Source of the DNA: the human T2T-CHM13v2.0 reference genome, Homo sapiens
Length of the DNA stretch: 64,000 nucleotides
Assembly (NCBI RefSeq): GCF_009914755.1
Contig: NC_060941.1
Direction: 5' to 3' (one strand)
Shown here: one piece after another, positions 37,802-53,305 of the stretch
Layout of the letters: the number at the start of each line of letters is the position of its first letter
Numbering within the stretch: the stretch's first letter is position 1
Notes under the pieces: model-generated
The model's input: the letters and a program-made list of their open reading frames with translations, nothing else
What the model was told of the DNA's origin: nothing
Databases searched by the model: none
Program-made: the position numbers and the translations under genes

Positions 37802-38293
37802 CAGGGGACCCATCCCCCAGGCCACTGACAGGTACCGGTCCACTTGGCCTCTTAGGAACTGGGCCACACAGCAGGAGGAACGTGTTTACAGTTGCTCCCC
37901 ATTGCTCGCATTACCGCCTGAGTTCCGCCAGCTGTCAGATCAGCAGCAGCATTAGATTCTCACAGGAGCACAAACCCTGTTGTGAACTGCACACGCGAGG
38001 GATCTAGGTTATGTGCTCCTTGTGAGAATCTAATGCCTGATGATCTGTCACTGTCTCCCATCACCCCCAGATTGGACTGTCTAGTTGCAGGAAAACAAGC
38101 TCAGGGCTCTCACTGATTCTACATTATGGTGAGTTGTATAATTATTTCATTATATATTACAATGTAATAGAATAAAGTGCATGATAAATGTAATGCACTT
38201 TAATCCTCTGGAAACCATCCCCCGCTCCCTGTCCCTGGAAAAATTATCTTCCATGAAACTAGTTCCTGGTGCCAAAAAGGTTGGGGACCACTG
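37802..38293 (+). mobile_element. MER1A (hAT-Charlie)
   Basis: cagggga... / ...aaggttggggaccactg termini; degenerate 8-bp TSD atctaaaa / ttctaaac. Confidence 0.88.
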
Positions 38294-38309
38294 TTCTAAA
38301 CCATTGTTT

Positions 38310-39290
38310 ATTTTCTTAAATAAACTTTTTATTTCGGAATAATTTTAGATTTACAGAAAAGTTGCAGGGATGTACAGAGAGTTCTCGTATGTACCCCTCA
38401 CCCAGTTTCCCCATCATTAACGTTGTCGTGACCACAGTGCCTTTGTCAAAACTGAGGAAATGACACTGGTATATTACAATGAACGCAACTCCAGACTATG
38501 TAGGTTTGACCAGTTTTTCCTTTACTGTCCTCTCTCTTTTCTGGGATCAATCCAGGGCACCACATGGTTTACATTATTTTGATTTATCATGTCTCCCCAG
38601 TTTCCTCTGCTCTGTGACAGTTTCTCAGTCTTCCCTTAATTTCATGACGTTGACACTACTTTGTTTTTTGGAAGTGAGCCCTCCCTTAGGATTGGGGGGT
38701 ATGAGGGGTAGGTGGGTTAAGCTCCATCTCCTCTGGGGGTGTATCTACACAGATTATTTGGAACTTTTCTGTAGGAAAGAGTTGTCTTTTCTCCTCCGTT
38801 TATTTATTCATTCAGTCATTTATATCAGTATAGGCTCATGTCTTTTTCTTTTACACATTGGGTTCTAATCCAATACTACATGATTTATTTTGTTTCTCAA
38901 GTTCTTCCAGCTTTGGCCATTGGGAGTTCTTGCAGGTTTGTTCCTGCACTCTGTGACATTGCCCATCCTTCAGTTTTGTTTGGCGTGTGTGTGTGTGTGT
39001 GTGTGTAGCACTTCCGTGTGTAGCACTTCCTTTGCTTTCTGACACTACAGTATGCTTCAGCCCCCTCTGTTTTTTACTAACCCCACTTCTAGAATCAGTT
39101 ATTTCCCCAGGGAGCCTGGTGAGTTATTCGCTCTGCTTTGTTTTGATTTTATTATTTTTATTTTTTAAAACTGTGGTGAAATACGTATAACGTAATTTAC
39201 CATTTTAATCATTTCTAAGTTTACAGTTCAATGACATTAAATACTTTCACACTGTTTTGTGACTGTCACCACTGGAACGTTTTCATCTTC
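38310..39290 (-). mobile_element. Old L1 3' end fragments (L1MC/L1MB-type), including a short (GT)n
   Basis: aataattttagatttacagaaaagttgca and taatttaccattttaatcattt motifs. Confidence 0.65.
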
Positions 39291-39678
39291 TCAAATGAAC
39301 CATTGGTTTTATTAGAAGAGATGTGTTTATTGTAGGGGGTAAAATGAAACAAAGGAGATAAAGTGAAAGAAAATTGCTGCATCCCATTTCCCTGAAGCCT
39401 GCTCATCTTTCTGAACATTTTCTGGCCCTCACATTCCTCTGCGTGTTGTCTCTTTTGTACACATGAGATCAGGCCAGACATTTGGTTCAGGAACCTGCTC
39501 TTTCCCCTTAAAGACCTGTATTTCCATGGTTACAAACACTGCTACCAAGAACATCTTTGTGCACCTGTGTATTTCTACAGGGAAAAAAACCTAGAAGTGA
39601 ACTTGCTAGGCTGGATTTTAGTGAATGTTTCCAAAGTGTCTTTTAAAATACAATAAAAGCAGTCTTTTTCTTCAACGG

Positions 39679-39991
39679 TTATTTATTTATTTATATATTT
39701 TGAGACAGGGTCTCGCTCTGTTGCCCAGGCTGGAGTGCAGTGATGCGATCCTGGCTCATTGCAGCTTCAATGTCCTGGGCTCAAGCGATCCTCCCGCCTC
39801 ACTTCCCAAGTAGCTGGGACTGCAGATGTGCGCACCACTGCACCTGGCTATATATATATTTTAATTTTTTTGTAGACACAGGATCTCTCTATGTTGCCCA
39901 GGCTGATCTTGAACTCCTGGGCTCAAGTGATCCTCCTGCCTCAGCCTCCCAAAGTCCTGGAATTACAGACATGAGCCACCGTGCCTGGCCT
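39679..39991 (-). mobile_element. AluJ-type element
   Basis: Full Alu consensus. Confidence 0.92.
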
Positions 39992-42868
39992 GCTCAACTT
40001 TTTAATGAGACTCTCATTCCAGGTGTACCTGGACCAGACAGTAAACTGCACATATACCTTTTCTAAACTTGTACTTGGCTGGGCAGTAGTTAAGACCCCC
40101 AGCTCATCCCTGTTCCTGTCCCTGTATGTTTCCTAAGAAATTGCGTAGGGCCATGCCCACAGAAGAAGACTCAGAGTCAGAGGAGGGAACAGGGTCCCTG
40201 GGTGTGTTGAATGGTCAGTGTGGTGCAGGGCCCAGATTCCAGCCTGCCCTAGTCCTGCCTCAGGAATCCCTCTAGGGTGCCCAGGCCTTCATGGGTTGGT
40301 GTGGCCTCTGCTATGTCCAGACTGGCCTGGTGCCTTGGAGGCTAGAAGCAAAGTTGTATTTTCTCCCTGGCTGTCCTGACTTAGTGCCTTAGCCCTCCTG
40401 TTGTTTAGGAAACTAGAGAGCCCCTAAAGGGCCAACAGGACAGCTTGGCTCACATGGAGGGGGAGGAGTGCCAAGGTCCTGCCAGTGGCCCCATGGGACA
40501 GCCTGATCCAGGTCTGTGGGGAAAGGGACTTCCCTTTGTCAAGCTTCGGGAGGGACCTAAAACCCAACAAGATCTCCAGAAACCTGGCCCAGGGGGTGGG
40601 GATAGGTCCTTGGGGATTTCTGTGGGGCAGCTGGTCTGGTTTGGAGGATATTAGAGCTAGACCCCTCTCTGCCTGACCCTGAAGTTTGGCCTGGAGAGAA
40701 GTCTCCTCCAAGGTAGCTCAGACTGCAGAGATTGGCACCCTGAAGGAATGGTTCCCTGTACGTGTGAGAGAGGTTGGACCAAAAGACACCACCAGCATCA
40801 GGAGGAGTCCTGGGGGGATAGCGGAGGCCAGAAAGTCATGGCATCTGTCCCCTCTTTCCAGGCAAGAATTAGACATAGCACGCTCACTTGGCTGCTGGTG
40901 CCCACTGTGGTGGGCACTGCAGGGAGGTAAACCTGCCTCCCAGAACCACTGTCCAGTGGAAGCAGGATGGACCTGCATGGCTGTGGCCATGGTTGACCCA
41001 GGCAGGACCTGAGATCCTATGGGTATCTAGAATGGGCCTATCTGCCTTTTACACAATGTGAGATCATGGGCAAGTGACTTCATCTCTCTGGGCCTCAGTT
41101 TATCCATATGAGAAATGACAGATTAAGTGACCTTTTAAGTCCTTTCCTCAGATGGCTGCTGCTTCTGGACAGTAAAGAAGCCTAGAGTAGAAGGAGTTCT
41201 GTCAGGTGAGGTGGTTCGGAGAGACCATGTGGAGTGGTACCTTCCCCTGAACCCTCCAGATGGTGGCTTTGCCTTGCCTCTCAGATGTGTCTGCCCTCCT
41301 GTAAGTTGTATACCATGCTCTCTTCGAGGTATTTCATCATGTGCTTTTCCCACTGGCTCCTATGTAATGTTTGTGTGCAGCAGTTGGAGCTCTGCCGCAC
41401 GGATCATGGGGCGATGTTTTTACTCCTGTATTCTGTGCCCCCGAGTCAGGCTTTTCTTCCATGGATTTTGGGCAAAGCTTCCTTGTGTGTCTTCACCCAT
41501 TTTTTTTCCTTTAGCCCACACAAGATGTGATCAGCTATCCATTGTTACTGAGAGATGGGAGTTTTAAATTTTTCAACACCAAGCAAGTACAGAAGTGTTA
41601 GAAAGCAAGCAAAGGCCCTCCTCTTCCACTTCGCGGGGATAACACCTTGTTAACAGGTCAGTGGGTGCACCTGCCAGACCTCTTCACGCATTTTACAGTC
41701 ACTTAAAATGACGTGCAAATTTACTCCCTTCTCTCTCTTTTTTTTTTTTTTTTGTTTGCTGAAATGGGATCATATGATAGATATCATTTTGCAGGTTTGC
41801 AGTCTTAACGTCATCTGTGTTATCCATAAAAATTCATGTTATCCTTCTTTAACAGTAGAGTAGTAAGAGATACATTTTCATCAAGGTATGATATGAATGC
41901 CTGTGTCTGAGGGATACCCACCTGCTCACATACATGCGCACACAGTGACATCAGGCAACTTGGTGGTTCAGGTGACTCAGCACCTGAACGAAGATGAGAG
42001 CCCGTGCCCAGAAGAGGCCAGGTGCCCAGCTGTAACGCCTGGCACATGGAGGCCCTGGCAAATACTTACTGGGTGAAGGAATGTACCAAAGTCACTGCAG
42101 GATAGAGGTCAGGGATGCCAGACTTGAAAACAGGACTCTTTCAATATTTGTCTGTCTGTCTTTCTGTTTTTTGTTTTTTTTTTTTTCTTTGGAAGGGAAC
42201 AAAATCCGTGAAGTCTCTCTGTTTCCTTTTGCTAACCTGATAGTGCTGAAGGACCCCCGCATCTTTGCAGTCAGTGCCTGAAGATGATCTGCCCAGGGCT
42301 GCCCCCTGAGGCTTCCTGGGGGAACTTTGTGTGGTGGGATTTGTCCCTTCAGTCACTTTGAGTTCTCTGCTGACCTTGACTCTTCATGGCTTCATGACTA
42401 GGACTTTGATTTTTCCCTTAGGAAAACATACGTGGATCGTTTGTGTGTGCAGCCGTCTGTGTGTGTAATCTCCTCCTTCCTTTTCCATATTGTTTTCCTA
42501 AGGGCCATCCCTGCAGGGTTATCTAAATACCATTTCAGATTTTGTCTTTTGGTTGGATAGTGTTTGCGGTCTTAAAGTTTCCAGGAAATAATGCCTTTTC
42601 TACTAGAGGAAGAGAGGGGATAGACATGGATGTGGTCACACAGTACGGCAGCTGCATTTCCAGGTTCCTGGTGTGGCTGAGGTGGCCCTGCGTGGGTTTC
42701 TTTCTGTTCCCACCTGAGTCAGATGCCAGCCCTCTGCGGCTCCGAGCCTGCTGCGGCGCTGCATGCCTGACCTTTGGTTCCTCGTCCCTTCCCTGTCTGT
42801 AGATGTTGGAGACAGAACTTGGGCAATGCCTGCATGTGTTTGCCCAACCACTAGATCTTCATCTAGAG

Positions 42869-43042
42869 CAGCGCTGTTCAAAACCTTCTGTATTGTCCAT
42901 TCAGTGTGGCAGCCCTTAGCCATATGTGGCTTGGGGACACTTGAAATGTGTATAGTGCAGCTGAGAAACTGAAATTCGTGTTTTGTTTTATCGTAATGAA
43001 TTTTAATTTGAATAGACATCTGGCTATGACTGCATTGACCAG
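42869..43042. mobile_element. MER3-type hAT MITE
   Basis: gcccttagccatatgtggct...cacttgaaatgtg...ttttaatttgaatagacatctggcta. Confidence 0.7.
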
Positions 43043-45289
43043 GGCCCTGTGGTGAGAGCTGGGATGCTGAAGACACCTTCCTCTGCCCCAGGAGCACACA
43101 GACTGGGGTGAAACAGGAAGTGAGAGCCCCAGATGCCCTGATGGCTCCGGGATGGGATCTGTTGGAGCCAGTGGGCCAACTCATCCTGGGTAGTCAGGGA
43201 AAGACGGATGTCCGGGAAGGCAAGAGCACACCAGGCGGAGGGAAGAATATCTGCAGAGACCCTGAGGATGAGGAAATCAGAGCGCTTGTGAAGCGCGTGA
43301 GGAGGAGTCTGTGAGGAGGCTGGCGGGGAGCCGGGGTGGATTCCTGCAGCTCTCCCTGTGTGCAGTGTAGGGGTTGGGGCTCCTCTTAGGGGATATTGGA
43401 AGTGTGTGTGAGAGAGGGGCAGGAATTCCAAATGAACATTAGAATTGTTTAAAGGAAAATAAAACTAGCAAGAAGGCTGCATTCACATGGGGATGGGCTG
43501 AGAGTGACGGGGTGAGGAGCGCTGCCTCCCACGTGGCTGGAGGGTGGAAGGGTCGGGGATAGGAAATGAGATGGGAGGGAGCTCAGAGGCGGGGCCCTGC
43601 CCCGCTCCCAGTCATTTGGATTTGCACACTATGGCTGTTTCAAGCTGCCCCCTGTCCCACAAGTTACGTCTAAAAGTCTCAGCTTCATATTCTGGCAGCA
43701 GCTGGGGAAATGATTTCAGAGCCTGCTGGCATGGAGCCATTTTTTTTTTCTTTAGCAATTTCCCGGTTGGAAGTTGTTGAAAGGAAGTGGCAAGCGCTGC
43801 CTGAGCAGTTCTAGCTGGGAGAGGTGGGTGCTGCAGAGTCTGGGATTCCAGGGTGAAAGCCACAGGTTCCCCTGAATAAGCTCTTACTGCTGGTGGTTCC
43901 TGAACTGAAGATGCAGGCGGATCTGGTAAGGGGATTTTTGTTGTGATCCTGACTGGACATGTTTCTCTTTCCCCTCTCCTCTATCCTTGCGTTCCTGTGT
44001 TTAAGATGAGGCCTTCTCCCAGAGATGGGGGACAAAGCTGCCTTACTCCTGCCACCATTTTGGTTTCCCAGTGGCTGGGGGTGGCCAGAGCTCTGTGTGG
44101 ACACCAGGAATGTAGGCTGTATGAGGCAGTAGGATGTGTGAGACCTAACCAGGAAAGCGAACCCGCATTTGGCTCCTGGGGTGCAGCTTGAGTCGGCATG
44201 ACTATGGCCCTCATTCCTAGCCTCTCCTTCCCACCCCTCCTCCTGTCGGCCCCATACTCTCTCTTTGAGAGCCAGAGGCCCAGCTGTTCTTACAACCTTG
44301 CTCTTTGGCAACTGGGAGCCTCCCCAGGAAGCAGCACACACCCTCACCCAGCCTCCTGGAGGGATCTGTGCCAATGTGTCAGCCCAGCAGCACAGGGCTG
44401 CCTTGGTACCAGCCCAGTGGGGGCTGGGCCACACAGCTCTCCACTTAGGATGGGGAAATGGTGGCAAGTGGTGGACTGGCATGCCTGTATCACCTGGCCA
44501 GTCAGGAGAGGAGCTGAAGTTGGAGCATGGAAGGAAGGGGCAAGCTACAAGGCCAGCATTGTATAGATGTCATCCTGTTTCATCCTTATCCCTGGGACAG
44601 GAGACAGGGAGATCTGATGATCCCCTGCAAGCTGATGGCAGGATGAAGATTCAAACCCAGGTCCTTGTACTTCCTTCTCATACACAATTTTGTCATCTAA
44701 TATCTTACCCAGAATAGCACAGTTTTGGGGCTACTGTATGATATGTAGTTGTGTAAATGAATTGACTGCCTGCCTTTGTGTGTGTGCACGTGTGTCTCTC
44801 TCTTCCCCCCTCATTTCTTCTTTCCTTTACATTCACTCGTTACTCATATGCACCCATTGATCACTTACCTTTTACCTGGTACCTTGATTAATTATCACAG
44901 AGGATTAATTGATGAGCAAAATAGTCTGTCCTGGATGCTTACAGCTAGTGTGATGCACACGTCTGCAAATAACTAGGGTGCGTAGCTGACTGCTGGCCCC
45001 AAGGAGCGGGGAAGGGATGAAGCATGGTCAGGTACAGAGCTGAGGTCCTACTTCCATTCAGTTATTTATTCACTCACTCAGTGTGTATTTAGCACCTGTT
45101 GTGTGCTCGGCACCGTTCTAGCCACTGAACATGAGTTCCTGTCCGTCTGGAACTGGCAGACATCACTTTCTCCAATAGATGAAGTCATTAATTTTTCTTA
45201 TCTTGAGCCAAAGGTACCCACTTTTCAGGGTGGGGGTTCCCCTGGTTTCATGAAATCTGAAAAATCATGAGCATGAATGTCCTGCTTAG

Positions 45290-45615
<326 letters not shown>

Positions 45616-46399
45616 TGCTTGGTGTTTTTGATCAATCCTTTGGATTTCTGGGCTGCCCAGTCCAGTGAAAACTGACTAGACTAGAAGCACCATGTTGGCA
45701 GGGACCTGGCTATTTCATTCACAGCTCTATCCCCAGTGCCTGGCATGTGGTGGGTTTTCTTGTTGAATGATTGGATTCAAATAACATTATCCAAAGAATT
45801 TTGGTCTCTTGGCCCAAGGCGTCTCAGGAGCTCTCACCTGGGCCAGTGAAGGTTGCGTTACAAGGATCTCTGGGGAGGGTGAAGACGAGGTGGCTGCCGG
45901 TGGCCTGCTGAATCCCAGGGCTCCGAAACTGCCTCAGGCTTCTGTCGGCCACAGAACTTGAGCAGGACTGTGTGCCTATAGCCCTGCCATGAGATGGCTT
46001 TGGTGTAGTGTGTGCCTGAGCCCCCTCTGGGGACTACCTGGCTCCTGAGTGGTCAGCTTGTGTGTGTTCCCTCCTCCTCCTAGGACCACCTCAAAGGCAA
46101 GATTGCTCTAGAACAGATCTGACTATGGCCAGATATCATTGGGAAACATTTATGTCAACACTGCACTGTTTTAAATATTATAAAGCAGCAATCTCTTATT
46201 ACCCTTCTTTTAAAAAAATAGCACATAAATTTCAGTGGCCCCTGCTCCTAGCTATGTACCTTTGGGGGAGGCCACAGGATTGGGAAACAAAATTGTTTGA
46301 GTGTCACCTCTGGAAGTAAATGGCCTTGGAGGCAGACAAAATTTTGACAAAATTCTTCCTTTGCCACTTGCCAGCATTGTGACCTTGGACAGGTCCCTT

Positions 46400-47760
<1,361 letters not shown>

Positions 47761-47869
47761 TTCAGTAGCTATTTGTTGACTGGATGGGATGGATAGATGG
47801 ACAAATGGAAGAATGACATGGCACCAGGGCTCATAGTAAGTACTTACTTAATCGAAGTTATATTCTTCT

Positions 47870-48200
47870 ATTCCTAGTTAGAACTTTTTTCAAAGCAAGT
47901 TCAGATACCTGTTGGCTTAAAACAGAGACTTACCAGTTTAGGCAATACAAATCCAAGGAAGTCTGGATGCAGGGGCTCAGGTGATGCCATTAGGATGTGC
48001 CTGTGGGACAGGCTTGCTCCGCATGGCAGGTATGAAGAGCACAGGCAGCTGAGCCTCACTACCTTCTACTGTAGTCATGCTTGTCCATGAAGGGCTGTTT
48101 CCCTTGGCTGAAAAATAGCTGAAAAATCCCAGAGAAGGCTCTGATTGGCTTGGCTTTGACCACATGTTCATACTGTAACCAATCACTGGGCTAAGAAGAT
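47870..48200. mobile_element. MaLR LTR (MLT1, old)
   Basis: ctctgattggcttggctttgaccacatg...aaccaatcact motif. Confidence 0.5.
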
Positions 48201-48873
48201 GGAAGACCCCCCCCCCCCACCTCCCCCACCCACAGTAGGCTCAGGAAATGGGTTCTTGGAGGAAAGACAGCCCTGATAACAGAAGGCAGAGACGTGTAGA
48301 AACTTTTCCTCCCTCAGAGATGATTTGTCAGAGGCTTTGCAGCTCCACAGGAAGGGTCTGCAGAGATCATGTTTCTAGACTACAGTAGGTGAGCCCACCC
48401 TCCAGTTTTTGTTTTTAATAACATTTGTTATTTCTCTCACTATGAAATCAATGTTTATTTTAGAAAATAATAGAAAGGCAAAGAAAACCCTACTCAGAGA
48501 CAACCATTGGCTGTTAGCTTTTTAGGTGTTTTCTTAATATCCAGTAATTTACATATATGTTTATTTTCAAAGTGTGTAAAGTATAGAAATTATAGAAAAC
48601 AGTAACAGCTCCCATTTATTATGGTTTGCACTGTAATCTTACTACTCAAAGGAAACACTGTAAACCATTTGATGCATTTCCTTCCAGTCAACCAACTTTG
48701 CTAGGCTTCTCTTTTTCTTTTTCTTTGTAGTTTATTTATGAATTTATGCTGTAATTCTTTAGCAGGCACTCCCATTGTGCCTGGGACTGAGCTGTGAGCT
48801 TTATGTGGAATCTCATTCACTCCTCTCAGTAACTGTATGAGGAGGCAGTGCTTTTATCCTCAGTATAAAATAG

Positions 48874-49194
<321 letters not shown>

Positions 49195-50784
49195 ACTAAT
49201 TATTATTTTAAAACAGCATTCTGTGAATCTAATTATGAACATCCATTGTAGAAAAATTTTAAAATACAGAAAAGTTTAAAAATAAAATAAAACCCCCACA
49301 TAACCCTGCCAGCCACTGATAGCCAGCACTTAACTGTTTTCTACATTTTTTTTTTCATTTGCATGGACTCCAGTTCACGGTTTCTGGTGTAGACCTCTAG
49401 GAGTTTTGACAGCTGAGCATCCTTTTGAAGGTTGTCCCATGAGCCATCCCAGGCATCTGCTGCAGTTCATAGGGTTCTTCCTGTTGGTCTCCATACCACT
49501 CACCCGAAGCATGCGAGAAGCTGCAGGGGCTTGGGGGCAGTTGGAGTTCATGTGGGGGTGGGGGTTCCCCAGATGATTCACTGGAAGGAGGGAGATGACC
49601 GTGTTCTTATTGACTCAGGTCCTACCTTTTGGAGGGAGGTGGCAAGGCAGGGAAAACCTCTTGGTGGCCTCGCATCCTGGACATCCTGGGTGCCTGGTCC
49701 CCAGCCCCTGCTGCAGGGCCTGCTGGAGCCTGCACATCTCCCACCCAGCACCTGCCCCGGGAAGTATGTGCTGACTCCCCAGCTCCCAGGCACAAACTAT
49801 TTTTGGCTGCAGTGACTGTTCACTACAGTCATGAAAACAGAAACCCCTCTCCCTGCCTCCTTCTTCCCTGGGACACTGCACTGGGGGCCAGGGCTGCCGG
49901 GGACCCTGGGCTCAGGCCCCCTTGTCATGAATCGCCTGTGGAGCTGGGTGACAGCCAAGGTGTCCAGGGGCACAGGGCCCCCACCTCTGGGGATGCCAAG
50001 AGAAGCCCGAGGCGTGAGCCCACCTGGGCTGGAGGATTATGAGGTAGGCACGGGGGTCTGGGCGCAGGAGGCCATTCCACAGCTCCCTGGAGTTGAGTCT
50101 GTTTGCTAGACTCTGAGTCCCTGCTTTGCTACCTGGCTGTAGAACACGTGTGGAGAAATCGCATGTTGGGGCAGAAGGTGCTTGTTTCATGACTTCATTC
50201 GCTGTCTTCTGTGTGATAAAGTCACTGGGGATCAGTTAGAATCTTCCTGAAATAGATCCTCCCCATCCTTCTAGTGAATAGTGTTTGGTCATTTCCTGCT
50301 TTTGAGTAGGACACACACTTGTTCTGAGCATGCTGCTTTTTTACAGGGAGCTTAAGAACGTGGAGCTGTATAGGCTGATCCAGCTCTACCTCTCCATGCT
50401 TCTGGTTGACCAGGCCAGGGAGGCCGATGGTTATAGAGACTGTGAGTGCTGACTTTGGGGTCACACAGACCAAGGTCCAAATCCAGGCCCTGTTACTCAG
50501 GGCTTGCAGTGTCTTAAGGTGTGTAACTTAATCTCTATGAAGCTCAGTTCCTTAGCTACCAAGCAGTTGTGCCTAGGCTACTTACACGGTGGTGATAATA
50601 CCAATAGTTGTTATTTTTATGATTAGACTGATTGTGAAAAGGGAAAATACTTCAAGAAGCTGTGTAAGAATCCATGTGCCATGGCCCTGAGTGGGTCTCA
50701 GGACCTGGGCGTTAGGGTGTCGCTGGTGACGTGGGATCTGTTTCTTCTTTTCAAAAAGAAGAAAAGTGCATTGTCACCAAAATG

Positions 50785-50907
50785 GGGGTGGGGCTCACAT
50801 CTGTAATCCCAGCAATTTGGGAGGCCGAGGCAGGAGGATTGCTTGAAGCCAGGAGTTTGAGACCAGCCAGACTGACATAGTGAAACCTCGTCTCTTTATT
50901 AAAAAAA
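50785..50907 (+). mobile_element. Alu monomer (FLAM-like)
   Basis: Left-arm-only Alu. Confidence 0.83.
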
Positions 50908-52976
50908 GTTGTAGTGGGTAGGAGTGGGCAAGAACATGGACTTGAGGAGTTCCGCCCATCTGCCACCTTCTAAGCCACTGAGGCCTAGGACCTGGCTAGG
51001 CTTCAGGTGAGGCCACGAGCCCAGAGCCGCATTGCTTCTGGATTGCACAGGGCTCTGGGCCCACAAGGCACTCATGTGACTTGGCGTCCCTTAGGCAGAG
51101 GGAGGTGATTCTCAGGGCAGACCTCAGGGACATCTTGACCTTGGCTCCCTTCTTGGACTAGTGCAGAAAACCTGGAAGGAATGAAACCTTTGCACTTGGG
51201 CAGGGAATGCGTGCTGGAAACTGGCTCGCCCTCCCGGGGGCATGGTATATCCTGGCGTTGGTTACTGGCAAGTGTGTCTGGACACCTGGATCCTGGTCCT
51301 GGCACCATTGTTTGGGGTGACCCAGGCAGGTTTTCTCCTCTGTGAAATGAGTGCTGACTAGATTGTCCCTAAGTTCCCTTTGGAGCCTGCCTTTGATCTC
51401 GGCAGAGAAGGGGTTTCTTCCCATCCCCTTGAAGATCCATTGGCCCCTTTCGTGCCCCTAGAGCCTGGTAGCTGTGGCATTGGTCTCCCCAGCTTCTCCT
51501 CGGCCATCTGCTCAGGGTCTCTGTTGAGGTCCCATAGCTTTGATGCCTGTTACTGCTGTGGGGCAGAAGTTGTTTTCAAGGTTTCTGGAAAACCACAGAG
51601 GGGCTGCCTGAGGGGAGCAGGAGCTCCTGAGACACCTGTCTCCTAGTTGGACCCCCATGGGGCAGCTCCAAAACCCGACAGCTCTTGTTCCTAGGCGGAG
51701 GAGCCTGGTTCTTCTGTCTCCAGCTCTGGGCTCACTTGCTGTGGCCTGGCTCATCTCCCATCTGAATGGACAGACCACCCCAAAGGACAGACCTCACGTG
51801 CTAAACACTGGGACATGTCCCTCTGGTGGACGGCATCTGTGATTTGGCTTCTGGCCCCACAAGGGACCCACCAGACTCCAAGGCTGGTGCCCGAGGCCTA
51901 TTTGATAGTCTGGACGCCCTCTGGCACCAGGGCCCTCACTGGCTGAATTCCGAGCTCTTGCCCTGTGCATGTGGAGGAGGAGGGGACTCGTCTGACCATT
52001 CTCTTTTTCAATGGTGTGTCCGAGCAGGGGAGAATGGGGAGGGGGAGCAGTAAAGATGCCGGGGACATGGCCACACCCAGGAACCCCTGTTTAGTTCTGT
52101 CAGTGCCTTGACCCCCAGGAGAGCTGGGGTCCCCCATGGGGAGTTACATCTCTAGCCACACCTAGCACCCTGCACCCTCCTCATAGGATTACCGCATCCC
52201 AGTTTGCCGGCAACAGTCCCAGCTGAGGCCTGCTGTCAGGGCTCTGCCTTCCGTAGAGGAATAGTGTCCCTGTTGAGGGGCACGTCCTGTCCCTACCCTC
52301 CTCTGTAGCCCCATCCTCAGCCAGCTGCCATCCCTGAAAGGGCCTCTGATCCCAGGCCCTCAGCTTTAGCCCCTGCACATAGCCCTATTTTGTGCAGGGC
52401 GGGACTTTCTCATTTGCCAGTCCCCTAGAAGTCAAGTGTCACCCAAGGTTAACGCAGCTTTTTGGCTGTGGCTCACCCTCCCACGTTCCATCCTGACCCA
52501 CTTTTCCTTTTGAATGTTCTTTAAACATTTAAAAAATTTAATGTATTCATTTTGACTCAAGTTCTAGTGTGGGATCTTGTGGATAATACTGTTTCTTTTT
52601 TTAAAAAGAATTAAAATTTTACAATCACGCATTTTGTAAAATGTTACAAAACATCCTGGGAGTAGGGAAACCCACTCTGTAGAAGCCTTCCCATCTCCTC
52701 TCTACATTTTGGGAGTAATTGGGGGACACACCAGTGCCCAAAGCTGGAGTAGCTGTGTGTGTTTCTCTAATGCAGGACACATCCGGCCATTTTCACACAG
52801 GAGCCTGGTTTTAGAAATGTGTGTTGATGATGCAGAGAAAGGTGACAAGATGTGGGTGTGCCCGCAAGCCTGTCCTGCTGACTGTGTGCTGGGGGTTAGG
52901 TGGGGAGGTGGGAAAGGAGGAGGAGCCAGGCCCAGGGCCACCAGCAGGTGGAGCCCAACAGCATTGCTATGTGTTT

Positions 52977-53305
52977 GGGGGTTGCCAAACTCTGGCCCTT
53001 GGGCCAAATCTAGCCCAGCACTATTTTTTGTAGAGCCTTGTGAACTAAGAATGGTTTTTACATTTTGAACTGGCGGGAGGAATTAAAAACAACAGAATAT
53101 TTCGTGACCCGTAAAAGTTACATGAAATTTGTTTCAGTATCCATAGTTAAATTTTATGGGAGCACAGCCACACCCATTTGTGTACGTGTTGTCTGTGGCT
53201 CTGGTGGTGCCACAGCAGCAGAGTGGAGCAGTTTCGACAGAGACCATGTGGCCCACAAAGCTGAAGAGACTCTGTGTGGCTTTCAGAAAAAGTTTGCCTA
53301 TTCTC
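52977..53305. mobile_element. MER58B-type hAT MITE
   Basis: ggggttgccaaact...gggccaaatctagccc...gaaaaagtttgcc. Confidence 0.8.

Noticed and set aside
50347-50441. Possible 95-nt cryptic exon (tttttacag| ... act|gtgagt)
   Set aside because: Splice-like motifs only, frameshifting, and expected by chance; no other support.
52941-52954. CTCF-like motif CCAGCAGGTGGAGC
   Set aside because: Imperfect single match; cannot be supported without ChIP data.
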